A stretch of DNA of 32,000 bases from an uncultured archaeon (GTDB lineage: Archaea > Asgardarchaeota > Thorarchaeia > Thorarchaeales > Thorarchaeaceae): NCBI GenBank assembly GCA_964648855.1, contig CAZYLT010000008.1, positions 1-32,000 on the forward strand, written 5' to 3'. Below the pieces are notes generated by a model. That model made no database searches, had not been told where the DNA came from, and saw nothing but the letters and a program-made list of their open reading frames with translations. Below are positions 11,601 through 18,733 of this stretch, piece by piece. Position numbers and translations under genes: made by a program. Numbering within the stretch: the stretch's first letter is position 1; each line of letters begins with the position of its first letter.

Positions 11601-13154
11601 CAATACGGCCAAGAATCGATAACTGTAGACATTGACACAAGCAACACCGTAGAGGGACTACCCGCATACTCGTTCTATGGCCTTACTGATGAGGTTCTCT
11701 CTGGATTCGAGACCTATCATCTTGCTATACTCCAATCGAACAACGTCACCCTCGTGTCTTGGAATGTTCATCGAATGGATCGCCTGAGCATACTACAGTC
11801 CGGCAATATCACAATCGCCAACTCCACGCTGGACTGTGATGTGTACATTGACAGCGACGATGTCACCTTCGTAGGCAACATCTTCGAGTCTGCTGAAGAG
11901 ATTGAGGTATACTCTAGGATGGACAGCTCTATTGTCACCATGTATCTCAACGCATTTCGTACCCAGTACCTATTCGAGCGAGGAGGATGGCCAAATGCTG
12001 TCTTCATGCTCAATGGCACTGATTATGGCAACTACTGGTACAACTACGAAGGCGTTGATTCCGATGGGGACGGGATTGGTGATGACCCATTCTTGGTTTC
12101 CGGCTCAGGCACCTATGACTATCTACCTCTCATGGTTGATCCCTCTGCATATGATGTATACATCAATATCATTCATCCCTCTGATGGAGATGCCTTCTTG
12201 GGATTGTTGGCTGTTTCAGTTGAGGTTCAAGTTGTGGTTGGAATCTATTATGAAGGCGATGGCAGTGCAGAGACTGTAATTACCCTAGACGGCGTTGTGA
12301 TTTTTACTGGAGATGACGGAGAAATCGAGTTCGAGTATGACACCTCCCAGTTGACTGATGGTGTCTATACCTTCAGAGTAACCACTACGGTGGACTCTAG
12401 TGATGACTTCATCCAAGAGATACAACTCACAATTGACAACACGCCTCCTGCACTTGAGCCGTCAATTGAAGATGAGGAGGCCACCACTGATAGATGGCCC
12501 TATTGGAGTGTAGAAGCATCAGACGCTCTCTCTGACCTGAAATGGATTGCAGTGTTCTTGGATGGCGATCTGGTCAACAATGAAACTCAACACGACAGCA
12601 CCGGCACACTCTACTTCGACCTTGAATTCACAGATGATGGAGCATATGAGCTCTGCTTTATGTCAAGCGATGTTATCGGCAATATAGGCAAGTTCAATCT
12701 CACTGTATACTTTGATACCACACCTCCTCAGCTCAGCTCTCCTGGCGATGTGAGTTATGAAGAGGGAACCACTGGGCATACTGTCACATGGCAAGGAAGT
12801 GATCTTACTGCTAGCCATTACAATGTAACACTGAATGGAGTATCATACATTGATTCTGACTGGGATGGTTCTGATATCGTTATCGAGATCGATGGGTTGG
12901 ATGTTGGCCTCCATACACTGGAGATCAATGTCTATGACAGAGTAGGCCATTCTTCTAATGATGCAGTGCAGATAGAGGTGACAGAGCCGACAGAGCCTAC
13001 CGACACCACAGACCCAACAGAACCAACAGGGCCTACCGACCCCACAGAACCGGTTGATGATATCATGCTTATTGTGCTGGTAGCGGGTATTGCAGTGGGA
13101 GCTGTTGTTGTAGTCATTGTTCTTCTCCAAGTGAAGAAGAAGTCTGCTGGCTAA
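5694..13154 (+). CDS. Giant (2486 aa) cell-surface protein: signal peptide, four beta-helix/NosD-like modules, Ig-like domains, TEP/TDP linker, C-terminal TM anchor
   Basis: N-terminal KFFVFLAVLFFIAVVA; abundant PbH1-like repeats; four caps G-N-[FY]-[WY]...D.WIGD/DGIGD; C-terminal TM followed by KKKSAG. Confidence 0.88.
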   Translation: MSPHTSSTKFFVFLAVLFFIAVVAPTTSPAATNTNPNDPLIIPNAPTGNSIVSQTGDTYDGTGDWVITQPTEYTSETVVVNGDILIQDGGALILDSAAIRFNVSNALLNVSEEGYLEGHNSYLWTVGSQYDILGEYNISLYGNVSWTGGFIRHFDEVSMKDGNLNATFTDTEFSYGTNRIAIQGHKVSFTGCDFYEIDCDYGYLLHTVGGGLTGGLLIENCRFGIPDYYPAPQTSRGMIRAGNMDGGLEILSNLFYEVNAHGTTRGTVVRIDPSENAILADNRFIRCGGFLREVVYIGDDGCLVSGNRFFGNFRDDPSYDQVLYMGVDDIIVEKNFFWNNQFGSDIRIWAGQNVSLRWNTFVDGGGTAIQLGAEVTGTPASDCQVYGNALASNNLGVSIHEDSANHSVYLNFFMDNTLHAVDNNETSSWTNGTHGNFWDNYTGGPPNDNWIGDAFSPHPTIPEEPASLMIGTLPPSSGDWEIDIPHVFAMKDLAIDGDVNVTGPTGALVLFANKLECGDANSFTFGESTIFWLHEAELTTLDPSHEIAGFQFTDVFRFGGYRSSISNVRRYYADDSFTVSAVIVEIDMSNFTNLPHLEIDMASDYRLNYGQPMERCTIQDTIFMGLGNPHHSGGGLSVDWPNLHFRNNTVHMSASGKEVRLSSAYQAGFGYPWGPNVTAEGCTIVNASLNVTVIGYESVANITNCEVDEGIMAYSRYNGIDLTYLHIVGNTINSGGLDASDTEPYGDPHYAILTLEDNRIMGRTDLERISSGNIINSTFYDAHNALVIEDSEQLTIHNNTLDGDLFLTDCDQFQITDSRLAIVEFTRSESISFENCVFNSTGSMYFWRPAGIPNRQITFDNCTFDGLSWSMNDNDACEFLTFFDCTFYKTGFALGTNNLVNNVTIDSSKFFLDSGNAIDFRGHNATVTNNIIVGSGDTAIRLNDQTRGNNTVVTGNRIESFEGNGIRVRNSYSSIIEGNVIYDCFGYGIFVTVGNHSVISNNYVESVGGAGIWVEGFDPANWFVSVTNNVARDCSSYGMYLRYMRNTLVFNNTIVENQNYGLRVRFCGDSQFWMNVLYHNEDGNIDLQGSNHFFDNGTIGNFWGPSGPEGSEYCDSYYDGGPNPWIGDVPYEPSPGDNQYDNHPMLLSNPHYLTYPNVVTGPLYMDELLYVLNTTVYCENGIIVAPTGSLYFIGTRVTFQDDGSYTQHIEIHTGGSLTLMGGARFMANQTTNTYGFVLRSGSSLIIDDAHISRCGYGTGNPGLLVNVTGVSVNELTVLDAPTGMVLSQDSMDIGNITFVDCGVGLLVSDCSSCTISSLEFSNVGTGVRFESVTDSYVMSVNFTGCNEFGLYLHSQNSDNTIVDNVFAFIGGTALNISTGGNYVYLNAFIENGHHIEHNEAFTNAYNNGTHGNFYLDYDGVDDDGNFIGDTPYSSSISDVVDSYPVMVYGSFPTADGWIVDRPTAVLNTNYTISGDVDVHEMLVLLNTRLWMNSTDSISHTITVHLTGDLRLVGAILRAVNSSHKFTMIAQAKSFIYLSDVNLVGLETFDLHTANIAIENTTFTDINRGLRLLGASISDLVFENCTVDSALNTGFYVGSGINNITIRDWVFYSAETAIHVDQGVDIFIEDIHVDNCTTGVSYHGNSGILSVTNSDFYRTQNVIDADTADLLFVDGIHGYLIEAYGIRVSSVGNATILNSHIEMTGGGRSYHIDQYVDWYLISNSYGFNATAGVTISPHFNDHGTHGSVTGGDFRNCTMGIEFVGSNQIVYLNVTDTFLYGCDVGFKGHALGVIRVAENEFLYCGTAIDAMNLNGSFFENNEIQNSEYGFFTENDDFHDCLIAGNSYLDVDYPVYVKGPQSNFTITDETIVNCVIGIYLDGRYAWMENVFIENIHVTGSTDSAVQLYWSRNITLFGSTIENFEDGVVIDHSEMIFLNQTAVTDGVIGVRIEDWSSLTMRHCIISGASTQAIQYGQESITVDIDTSNTVEGLPAYSFYGLTDEVLSGFETYHLAILQSNNVTLVSWNVHRMDRLSILQSGNITIANSTLDCDVYIDSDDVTFVGNIFESAEEIEVYSRMDSSIVTMYLNAFRTQYLFERGGWPNAVFMLNGTDYGNYWYNYEGVDSDGDGIGDDPFLVSGSGTYDYLPLMVDPSAYDVYINIIHPSDGDAFLGLLAVSVEVQVVVGIYYEGDGSAETVITLDGVVIFTGDDGEIEFEYDTSQLTDGVYTFRVTTTVDSSDDFIQEIQLTIDNTPPALEPSIEDEEATTDRWPYWSVEASDALSDLKWIAVFLDGDLVNNETQHDSTGTLYFDLEFTDDGAYELCFMSSDVIGNIGKFNLTVYFDTTPPQLSSPGDVSYEEGTTGHTVTWQGSDLTASHYNVTLNGVSYIDSDWDGSDIVIEIDGLDVGLHTLEINVYDRVGHSSNDAVQIEVTEPTEPTDTTDPTEPTGPTDPTEPVDDIMLIVLVAGIAVGAVVVVIVLLQVKKKSAG
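12981..13052 (+). repeat. Imperfect 9-bp tandem repeat encoding a (T-E/D-P)n linker
   Basis: acagagccg acagagcct accgacacc acagaccca acagaacca ... translates TEPTEPTDTTDPTEPTGPTDPTEP. Confidence 0.85.
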
Positions 13155-13255
13155 TGTGACTCATTGTCACAAACGGTCGTTTTCTCCAAGGGGAGCGACC
13201 GTTCTAATATAAACGGGATGTTGGAATTCCAAATGGTGAGGAGTGACCTCCCAAA

Positions 13256-13639
13256 ATGATTAACACTAAACGGCTTGCAGTTTCTCTGTTGATGGGCGCT
13301 ATTCTAGGGGTCTTCCGCATCATTGGAGTAGGTTCTCGCATAGAAGGCGGTATTCTGCAAAATACTGTTTTCCTGGTCGGTATGTGGTATAACAGGGTGA
13401 TTATGGGTCTTGTTATTGGGCTATCCGGTGACCTGCACCTTTTGGACGGGAAAGAAATCCCTAACTGGAGAAACACAATTCTCCGAGGATTAATATTTGG
13501 TATTCTGATATCTCTAGCAATTTTCCTTTCAACTGAATTCAGAGACATACCCTCACTCTTTGCAGGATTCGCCTATGGTCCCATCATAGATATCATGGCT
13601 ACAAAGTTCTCTGGAGCAGAAAGGCAGCCGGCTGCCTAA
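13256..13639 (+). CDS. Small multi-pass membrane protein of unknown function (copy 2)
   Basis: 127 aa; close paralog of 3409-3774; GGTGAGGAG upstream. Confidence 0.85.
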   Translation: MINTKRLAVSLLMGAILGVFRIIGVGSRIEGGILQNTVFLVGMWYNRVIMGLVIGLSGDLHLLDGKEIPNWRNTILRGLIFGILISLAIFLSTEFRDIPSLFAGFAYGPIIDIMATKFSGAERQPAA

Positions 13640-13695
13640 TTCAAGCCGCATCCGGTAAGATATTAACAGGCATATGCGGCACCTGGTAGAATACC

Positions 13696-14601
13696 ATGCA
13701 ACTCACACCCGACGCCTTAATTGGCGTAGCAGCAGGATTGATTGGCGCGGCATTGTATGCCTTTTCAGTTGTGGTGTATCGTTCCAAGGCTAGTGATGTT
13801 AGGGCTCTCATGGTGGGGGCGATTAAGATGTGGATTGCACTTCCGCTTATGGCTGTACTAGCCCTAGCCCTGTTTGGTTCATCGGTCTTCTCGATTCCTC
13901 TGGAAACAACTATACTCCTTGCTCTATCCATAAGCTTGGGCGCCGTGATAGGCGATACTGCCTACCTGATTAGCCAAGAAAGAATCGGAGTTTCATATGC
14001 CTTCCCTATTGCAATGTCATTCCCGATTCTAACTCATATTTTTACAATCGTATTCCTAGGCGAATCCTTCATTCCATCCAGATTCATCGGGGCTTTTGTT
14101 GTAGTGGCAGGTATCATCCTCCTTTCCAGGGAGCAATCAATAATCGATCCGGAAACAGAATTGGAGGCTCATTTCGATCTTCTAGGCATTTTGCTAGCAC
14201 TTCTTACATCATTGCTATATGCCATTGGAACCACCATTCTCCAGGTTGGCGTGACCGATGTTGATCCCATTTCAGGCAATTTTATCAGGATTCTAAGTGG
14301 GTCTATTCTATTCATCCCAATGGTGATTCTTGCACATCGAAAAGGGATGCCTTTCCCCACAATAAAGACAACAAAGCTGATTGCCATTGCTGGATTCTTT
14401 GGAATGGGAATTGGTTCATTGCTCTATGTCGTTGCCGTGAAGTACGTGGGGGCAGCGGTCATGTCTGTCATTTCTTCAAGTGCCCCGCTCTTTGCAGTTC
14501 CAGTCTCTGTTTTCTACTTGAAAGAAAGGATCACTAGGTTGGGTGTTGTTGGGGTCGTATGCACTATTATTGGGGTCGCATTAGTTGTTCTTGGAGTCTA
14601 G
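13696..14601 (+). CDS. DMT/EamA family transporter (copy 2)
   Basis: 301 aa, same length and same N-terminus (MQLTPD) as 3843-4748; shared TTILQVGV-x-DVDPISGNFIR. Confidence 0.9.
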   Translation: MQLTPDALIGVAAGLIGAALYAFSVVVYRSKASDVRALMVGAIKMWIALPLMAVLALALFGSSVFSIPLETTILLALSISLGAVIGDTAYLISQERIGVSYAFPIAMSFPILTHIFTIVFLGESFIPSRFIGAFVVVAGIILLSREQSIIDPETELEAHFDLLGILLALLTSLLYAIGTTILQVGVTDVDPISGNFIRILSGSILFIPMVILAHRKGMPFPTIKTTKLIAIAGFFGMGIGSLLYVVAVKYVGAAVMSVISSSAPLFAVPVSVFYLKERITRLGVVGVVCTIIGVALVVLGV

Positions 14602-14661
14602 CATTTCTATCCATGAATCATGATTGCTCGGAGATTGCCTATTTCTGAGAGTTTTGTGTTA

Positions 14662-16890
14662 TTAATGTGGGGGCTTTGGAAACCAGACTCGAAATTCCGC
14701 CCCTTGACTATAATCACCTAGGACACGGTCGTGAATTGCAATCCTTCCGCCATACTTCTCAATGATTTGATTCGCTTGATGGAGGCCGACACCTCCAAAT
14801 CTTCTAGCCATATTGAATAGTTTGTCCTTCCTGGCATCCTTTATTCCAGGTCCATTATCTGCAATAGATAAGAGATATCCCCCGTTAGATGCCTTCAAGG
14901 ATACCCAGACGCTCTTTTCATCATTCGTATTGTGCTCAACGGCATTTGTTAGTATGTTTGTGAGCAATAATTCCAAAAACACGTCTGCAAGAACAATTGC
15001 ATCATCTTCCAATGACAAACGGAAGTCTACCTGATGCATTGACTTTGCCAGTCCAGAAATGCATGCTTCCAAGGCTGACTTGAGTGACCTCTTTTGTAAG
15101 GGGGCCAGAACAAAATCCTCCGATGCTCTCACCTCCTCAATCAATCGTGAGCACCGGTGTACCGATTCATCTATCACCTTAAGGAAGGAATCTCTAGCGC
15201 GCTGATCATCGGCATCTCGGAGCAGGGTTGCACTATTCATAATTACTTGAAGCATATTCCTTACATCATGACTGAGAATGTCTAGGTACAGGTCCGCTCT
15301 ATCTTTCGCAGTTCTTGATTGCTTTTCTGCCTGTCTTCTCTCGCTTATATCGACGTGAACAGTTTGAATCGCTGATGTCCCCTCGTAGTCAATCCGTGAG
15401 GCAAATGATTCGACCCAGATTGCCTTTCCATCCTTTGTGACAAGTCTATACTCTGATCTATGTCCGACTTCTTTTCCTTCACTTCTCGCTTCGATTCTTT
15501 GTCTTAGTAGCTCTCTATCATCGGGATGTATTAATTCCCAAGCCTCCTCAAGACTACGGCCATATAGTTCTTCTAAGCTATAACCGACCATCTCTGCAAA
15601 GGTCTTGTTCGCGTAGGCAATCCCATCGTCCTTCAGAACTGTTATTCCCTGAATGCTCTGTTCTGCAAGCGTTTTGTATTTTTGTTCAGATTCACGTACT
15701 GCTTCTTGTGCCTTTTTCCTTTCCGTGATATCAATAATAAGTACCTGCAGCGCGGATTTGCCTTCATAGTCTATATACCCAGAAAATGCCTCGACCCATC
15801 TAACTTCTCCATCTTTGGTGACGAACCGATATTGATATGGCTGGGGTACTGCTTTGCCTGCTTTCCGGTTTTCTGATAGCTTCAAGAGATAATTCTGGTC
15901 ATCAGGGTGAATCAAAGCCCACTGTTTCTCCTTCGTCATGCTGAGAATTTCTTCCACACTATATCCTACCATGTTTGCAAATGCGTGGTTCACATATACG
16001 TAATGATCATCTTGAATAATGGAAAGACCTTGAAGAGAGCTTTCTGCCAGTGTTCGGTACTTCTCTTCCGATGCCCGGAGAGCCAAGTCAGAACTCCTTA
16101 GGGCAGAAATATCATCAAAGGCAACAAGAATCTCAGACACACTCCCGGTTTCATCAATAATTGGGTGAAGCTTGTATCTAACATACAGGTTCCTTCCCTT
16201 CGTAGACTTGTACTCCAATCTGCCAGTGAAACTTTCCTTTTCTGTTAGCGCCCTCTGATACTGTCTATTAATCTCTGAGTCTTTCAGTTTCGGATGTTCA
16301 TTGATGTTGATCTCCAGACGGTCCTCTCTCGACTCATATCCTAATAGCTCTAGTGCAGTCCTATTGGCATCTAGAATATCCCCATTCGCATTGAGACGTA
16401 TTATTCCAATAGGTGACTCTTCAAATAGTGTTCTGTAGATCTTTCTACTCTTCCGAATCTTCTCCTGGTTTTCCTTCATCGCTGATATGTCCGTGATTGC
16501 GGCAAAAGAACCCATGTGATTGTTATTCTTATCAAACAAGGGTGCACCGGAAACGAGAGTTGGTATATTGGTCCCACTGCTGGTTGTCCATTCGAGTTCA
16601 TACTGTGATGAAATGCCTTCGCGACGTTTCTCCAGAGTTGAACATAATACCTCGGCCTGAGACTCTTCAAGAAAGTCAAAAATGGAGTGACCTACCATCT
16701 CATTTGGTTCATAACCTAGGAGGTCACCGAATCTCTTGTTCACATAGGTGAAGACCCCTGTTTCATCAATAATCCCAAACCCCTCGTTCATGTTGTCTAC
16801 CAATGCCTGATACCAACGGATGCTTGTATCTTCAGGGAGTGACGGGGTTTTGGACTCATCGTTCATGCTGCCTTCCTCACGTGCGGACAT
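14662..16890 (-). CDS. Soluble multi-PAS (4x) sensor histidine kinase
   Basis: Four PAS/PAC repeats (ending DIS/DITERK); H-box LSHDVRNMLQ; N-box LTNAVEH; G1 ADNGPGI; short G2 GGVGL; no TM helix and no receiver domain. Confidence 0.92.
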   Translation of the reverse strand: MSAREEGSMNDESKTPSLPEDTSIRWYQALVDNMNEGFGIIDETGVFTYVNKRFGDLLGYEPNEMVGHSIFDFLEESQAEVLCSTLEKRREGISSQYELEWTTSSGTNIPTLVSGAPLFDKNNNHMGSFAAITDISAMKENQEKIRKSRKIYRTLFEESPIGIIRLNANGDILDANRTALELLGYESREDRLEININEHPKLKDSEINRQYQRALTEKESFTGRLEYKSTKGRNLYVRYKLHPIIDETGSVSEILVAFDDISALRSSDLALRASEEKYRTLAESSLQGLSIIQDDHYVYVNHAFANMVGYSVEEILSMTKEKQWALIHPDDQNYLLKLSENRKAGKAVPQPYQYRFVTKDGEVRWVEAFSGYIDYEGKSALQVLIIDITERKKAQEAVRESEQKYKTLAEQSIQGITVLKDDGIAYANKTFAEMVGYSLEELYGRSLEEAWELIHPDDRELLRQRIEARSEGKEVGHRSEYRLVTKDGKAIWVESFASRIDYEGTSAIQTVHVDISERRQAEKQSRTAKDRADLYLDILSHDVRNMLQVIMNSATLLRDADDQRARDSFLKVIDESVHRCSRLIEEVRASEDFVLAPLQKRSLKSALEACISGLAKSMHQVDFRLSLEDDAIVLADVFLELLLTNILTNAVEHNTNDEKSVWVSLKASNGGYLLSIADNGPGIKDARKDKLFNMARRFGGVGLHQANQIIEKYGGRIAIHDRVLGDYSQGAEFRVWFPKPPH

Positions 16891-17105
16891 CGATTTACAG
16901 AATCTTACTTAGCTATTGTATGTGAAAATGCTCAATTTCTTCTTTTGGGTCGCATATTCCATCCATTATTTCAGGTCCCATTATTTTATCGGAGGATTAT
17001 TCAATGCCTTTTCAGAATCAATAACATGTCAGAACGGGATTTCTATGGTAACCAATCCGTGCTTACCGAGATTGGAATTGGACGTCAACAAATGGAGGAC
17101 TATCA

Positions 17106-17525
17106 ATGAAGATTGCGAACTATGATGAAATTCAGGTTGACGATGAAGCAGAGGTCACTCATACAGTGACTGAAGAAGACATCGAAGCGTTTGGAGAACT
17201 AAGTGGTGACTACAATCCTCTCCACTTTGATGACGAGTGGGCAAGTAAGACAATGTTCAAGGGTCGCATAGCTCATGGAATGCTAACTGCATCCTTCATA
17301 AGCACCGTAATTGGGATGAAACTCCCAGGAACAGGCACTGTCTATCTGAGTCAAGAGATGAAGTTCAAACGCCCTGTAAGAATTGGTGACACCATAATTG
17401 CGAGAGTAAAGGTTGCAGAGAAGAATGATGAACGACATCATATTTCTCTCTTGACCGAGTGTACAAACCAAGATGGCAAGGTTGTCCTTGAGGGCAATGC
17501 CGTGGTCACTTTGATGCGTTTCTAG
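17106..17525 (+). CDS. MaoC/PhaJ-type (R)-specific enoyl-CoA hydratase (hot-dog fold)
   Basis: Hydratase-2 motif FGELSGDYNPLHFD...RIAHGML, plus LPGTG and F-x-x-PV-x-x-GD; GGAGG upstream of the ATG. Confidence 0.92.
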   Translation: MKIANYDEIQVDDEAEVTHTVTEEDIEAFGELSGDYNPLHFDDEWASKTMFKGRIAHGMLTASFISTVIGMKLPGTGTVYLSQEMKFKRPVRIGDTIIARVKVAEKNDERHHISLLTECTNQDGKVVLEGNAVVTLMRF

Positions 17526-17617
17526 AGTGATGCAATACCCCCTCGTTTTCTAGTTAAATTGTCCAATAGAAGTGTCAGATTTTCCCCTAGCTGTGCTCAC
17601 CGCGAGTTTTGTGGCAG

Positions 17618-17625
17618 CTTAAATA
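17618..17625 (+). promoter_or_regulatory. Archaeal TATA box for the putative ncRNA
   Basis: CTTAAATA ends ~22 nt before GGACTAGG (17647), which is normal TATA-to-start spacing. Confidence 0.5.
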
Positions 17626-17646
17626 GCCCCCGTCAGACTCACTACT

Positions 17647-18064
17647 GGACTAGGTGAGTGGGCCAGCACCTTTGTGCGGAGCTCGCAACCGAAAACCCGA
17701 GGGAAGTCAACGACTTCTCGACGGAGGTCCTACTCTCCACCAAAGGGACTACATCAGCTCCCGGAGAGTCCGCGGCTGTTCACCGTGCTCAGACGAATCT
17801 TATTGACTTTGGCGACGAAGCTAGTAAGGGTGATCATGAACCCGCCGTGGGAAGAACTGTGGAAAGCCTCACTGTGGCTGAGTGTGATGCCTCAGGACAT
17901 ACACAGGAGGAAGAGACCAGGACCGTGGGAGGGATCCCATCCCGATGACCATGGACAAAGCTCCTGCTGACTCAGTGGCCCTCGGGTACGCTGGGGGCGG
18001 TGACGCTGGCAGGGGACGGGTGGAACACAGAAATTTCAGACACGTTGAGGTCACTCAATCTGTC
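17647..18064 (+). ncRNA. Putative large structured non-coding RNA (~420 nt), family unassigned; a divergent SRP RNA is one candidate
   Basis: GC ~57% by hand count versus ~36% in the following 120 nt; the two ends pair with each other; many long-range helices; upstream TATA box; overlapping ORFs look spurious. Confidence 0.6.
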
Positions 18065-18346
18065 AGAAATAGTTTATCTAGATATGCCAGCTACCCCTAA
18101 TGTCACTACTCCCTATCAAATGTACCCGTATTTTGTATATAGTCAATGTCTAACGAAGTAAATGAACCCAACTCTGAGTTTGTGTGTATCATCAATCATT
18201 CTTGAATTAGATTTGCCTCAGCGTACCTTCAGGCACCATTTCAGTAATTTCCACACTACATGTCAGGTATGTATAAATTAACACACAAATCTATTTTAGT
18301 ACAGATTTGCCACATGATAAACGCCACTTGGAGGAATGAAACGGAG

Positions 18347-18733
18347 TTGAAGAAACGAACTCCGCTTAGAGCGGTCTTTCTAACAATTTATTTCGTCATG
18401 CTGGTTCTTTTACCCTTGGCTGCAATGGCTACGGGAGAATCAGTATCCTCAATAGGACATGCAAAAACAGGGCCCTTCGTGGATAAGTTAATTTTCAAAA
18501 TGATTCTTGAGGGCGAAGAACGTGAAATAGAGGCTTTAGTCAATAATGAGATTGACGCCATAGACAATGCGATATTCCCAGAATACCTTAGTCAACTAGA
18601 AAACGCGGAGAATGGAACAACTCGGATGACAGATTCTTCATCATCCCCATGTGATGGAGAGCTTTCCAAGAATCGGTGTCCTGATTATTACTCTTTAAGA
18701 AAGCCCTCTATCAGGTCGTTGAGCTCTTTATGA
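18347..18733 (+). pseudogene. N-terminal remnant of an ABC (family-5, peptide-type) substrate-binding protein
   Basis: TTG start, signal peptide, then TGPFVDKLIFKMI...EIEALVNNEIDAID...YLSQLENAEN, typical of SBP_bac_5-like proteins. The sequence then degenerates and overlaps the convergent hydrolase. Confidence 0.65.

Noticed and set aside
7323-13130. Many antisense ORFs (up to 230 aa) inside the giant gene, and similar ones inside other long CDSs
   Set aside because: Shadow frames of strongly coding genes, with no motifs.
5694-13154. Nitrous-oxide reductase (nos) pathway or a copper link between NosD-like domains and copA
   Set aside because: NosD-like beta-helix caps are generic in archaeal surface proteins. 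There is no nosZ/F/Y/L here, and copA is more than 10 kb away.
17658-18054. Three overlapping short ORFs (96, 98 and 61 aa) in the GC-rich island
   Set aside because: No recognisable motifs, non-ATG starts for the + frames, and mutual overlap. The base-pairing pattern and GC content explain the open frames better.
17647-18064. Firm call as SRP RNA, RNase P RNA or tmRNA
   Set aside because: No canonical SRP helix-8 motif, no intact RNase P CR-I/CR-V pair, and no tRNA-like acceptor/T-arm ends. Left unassigned.
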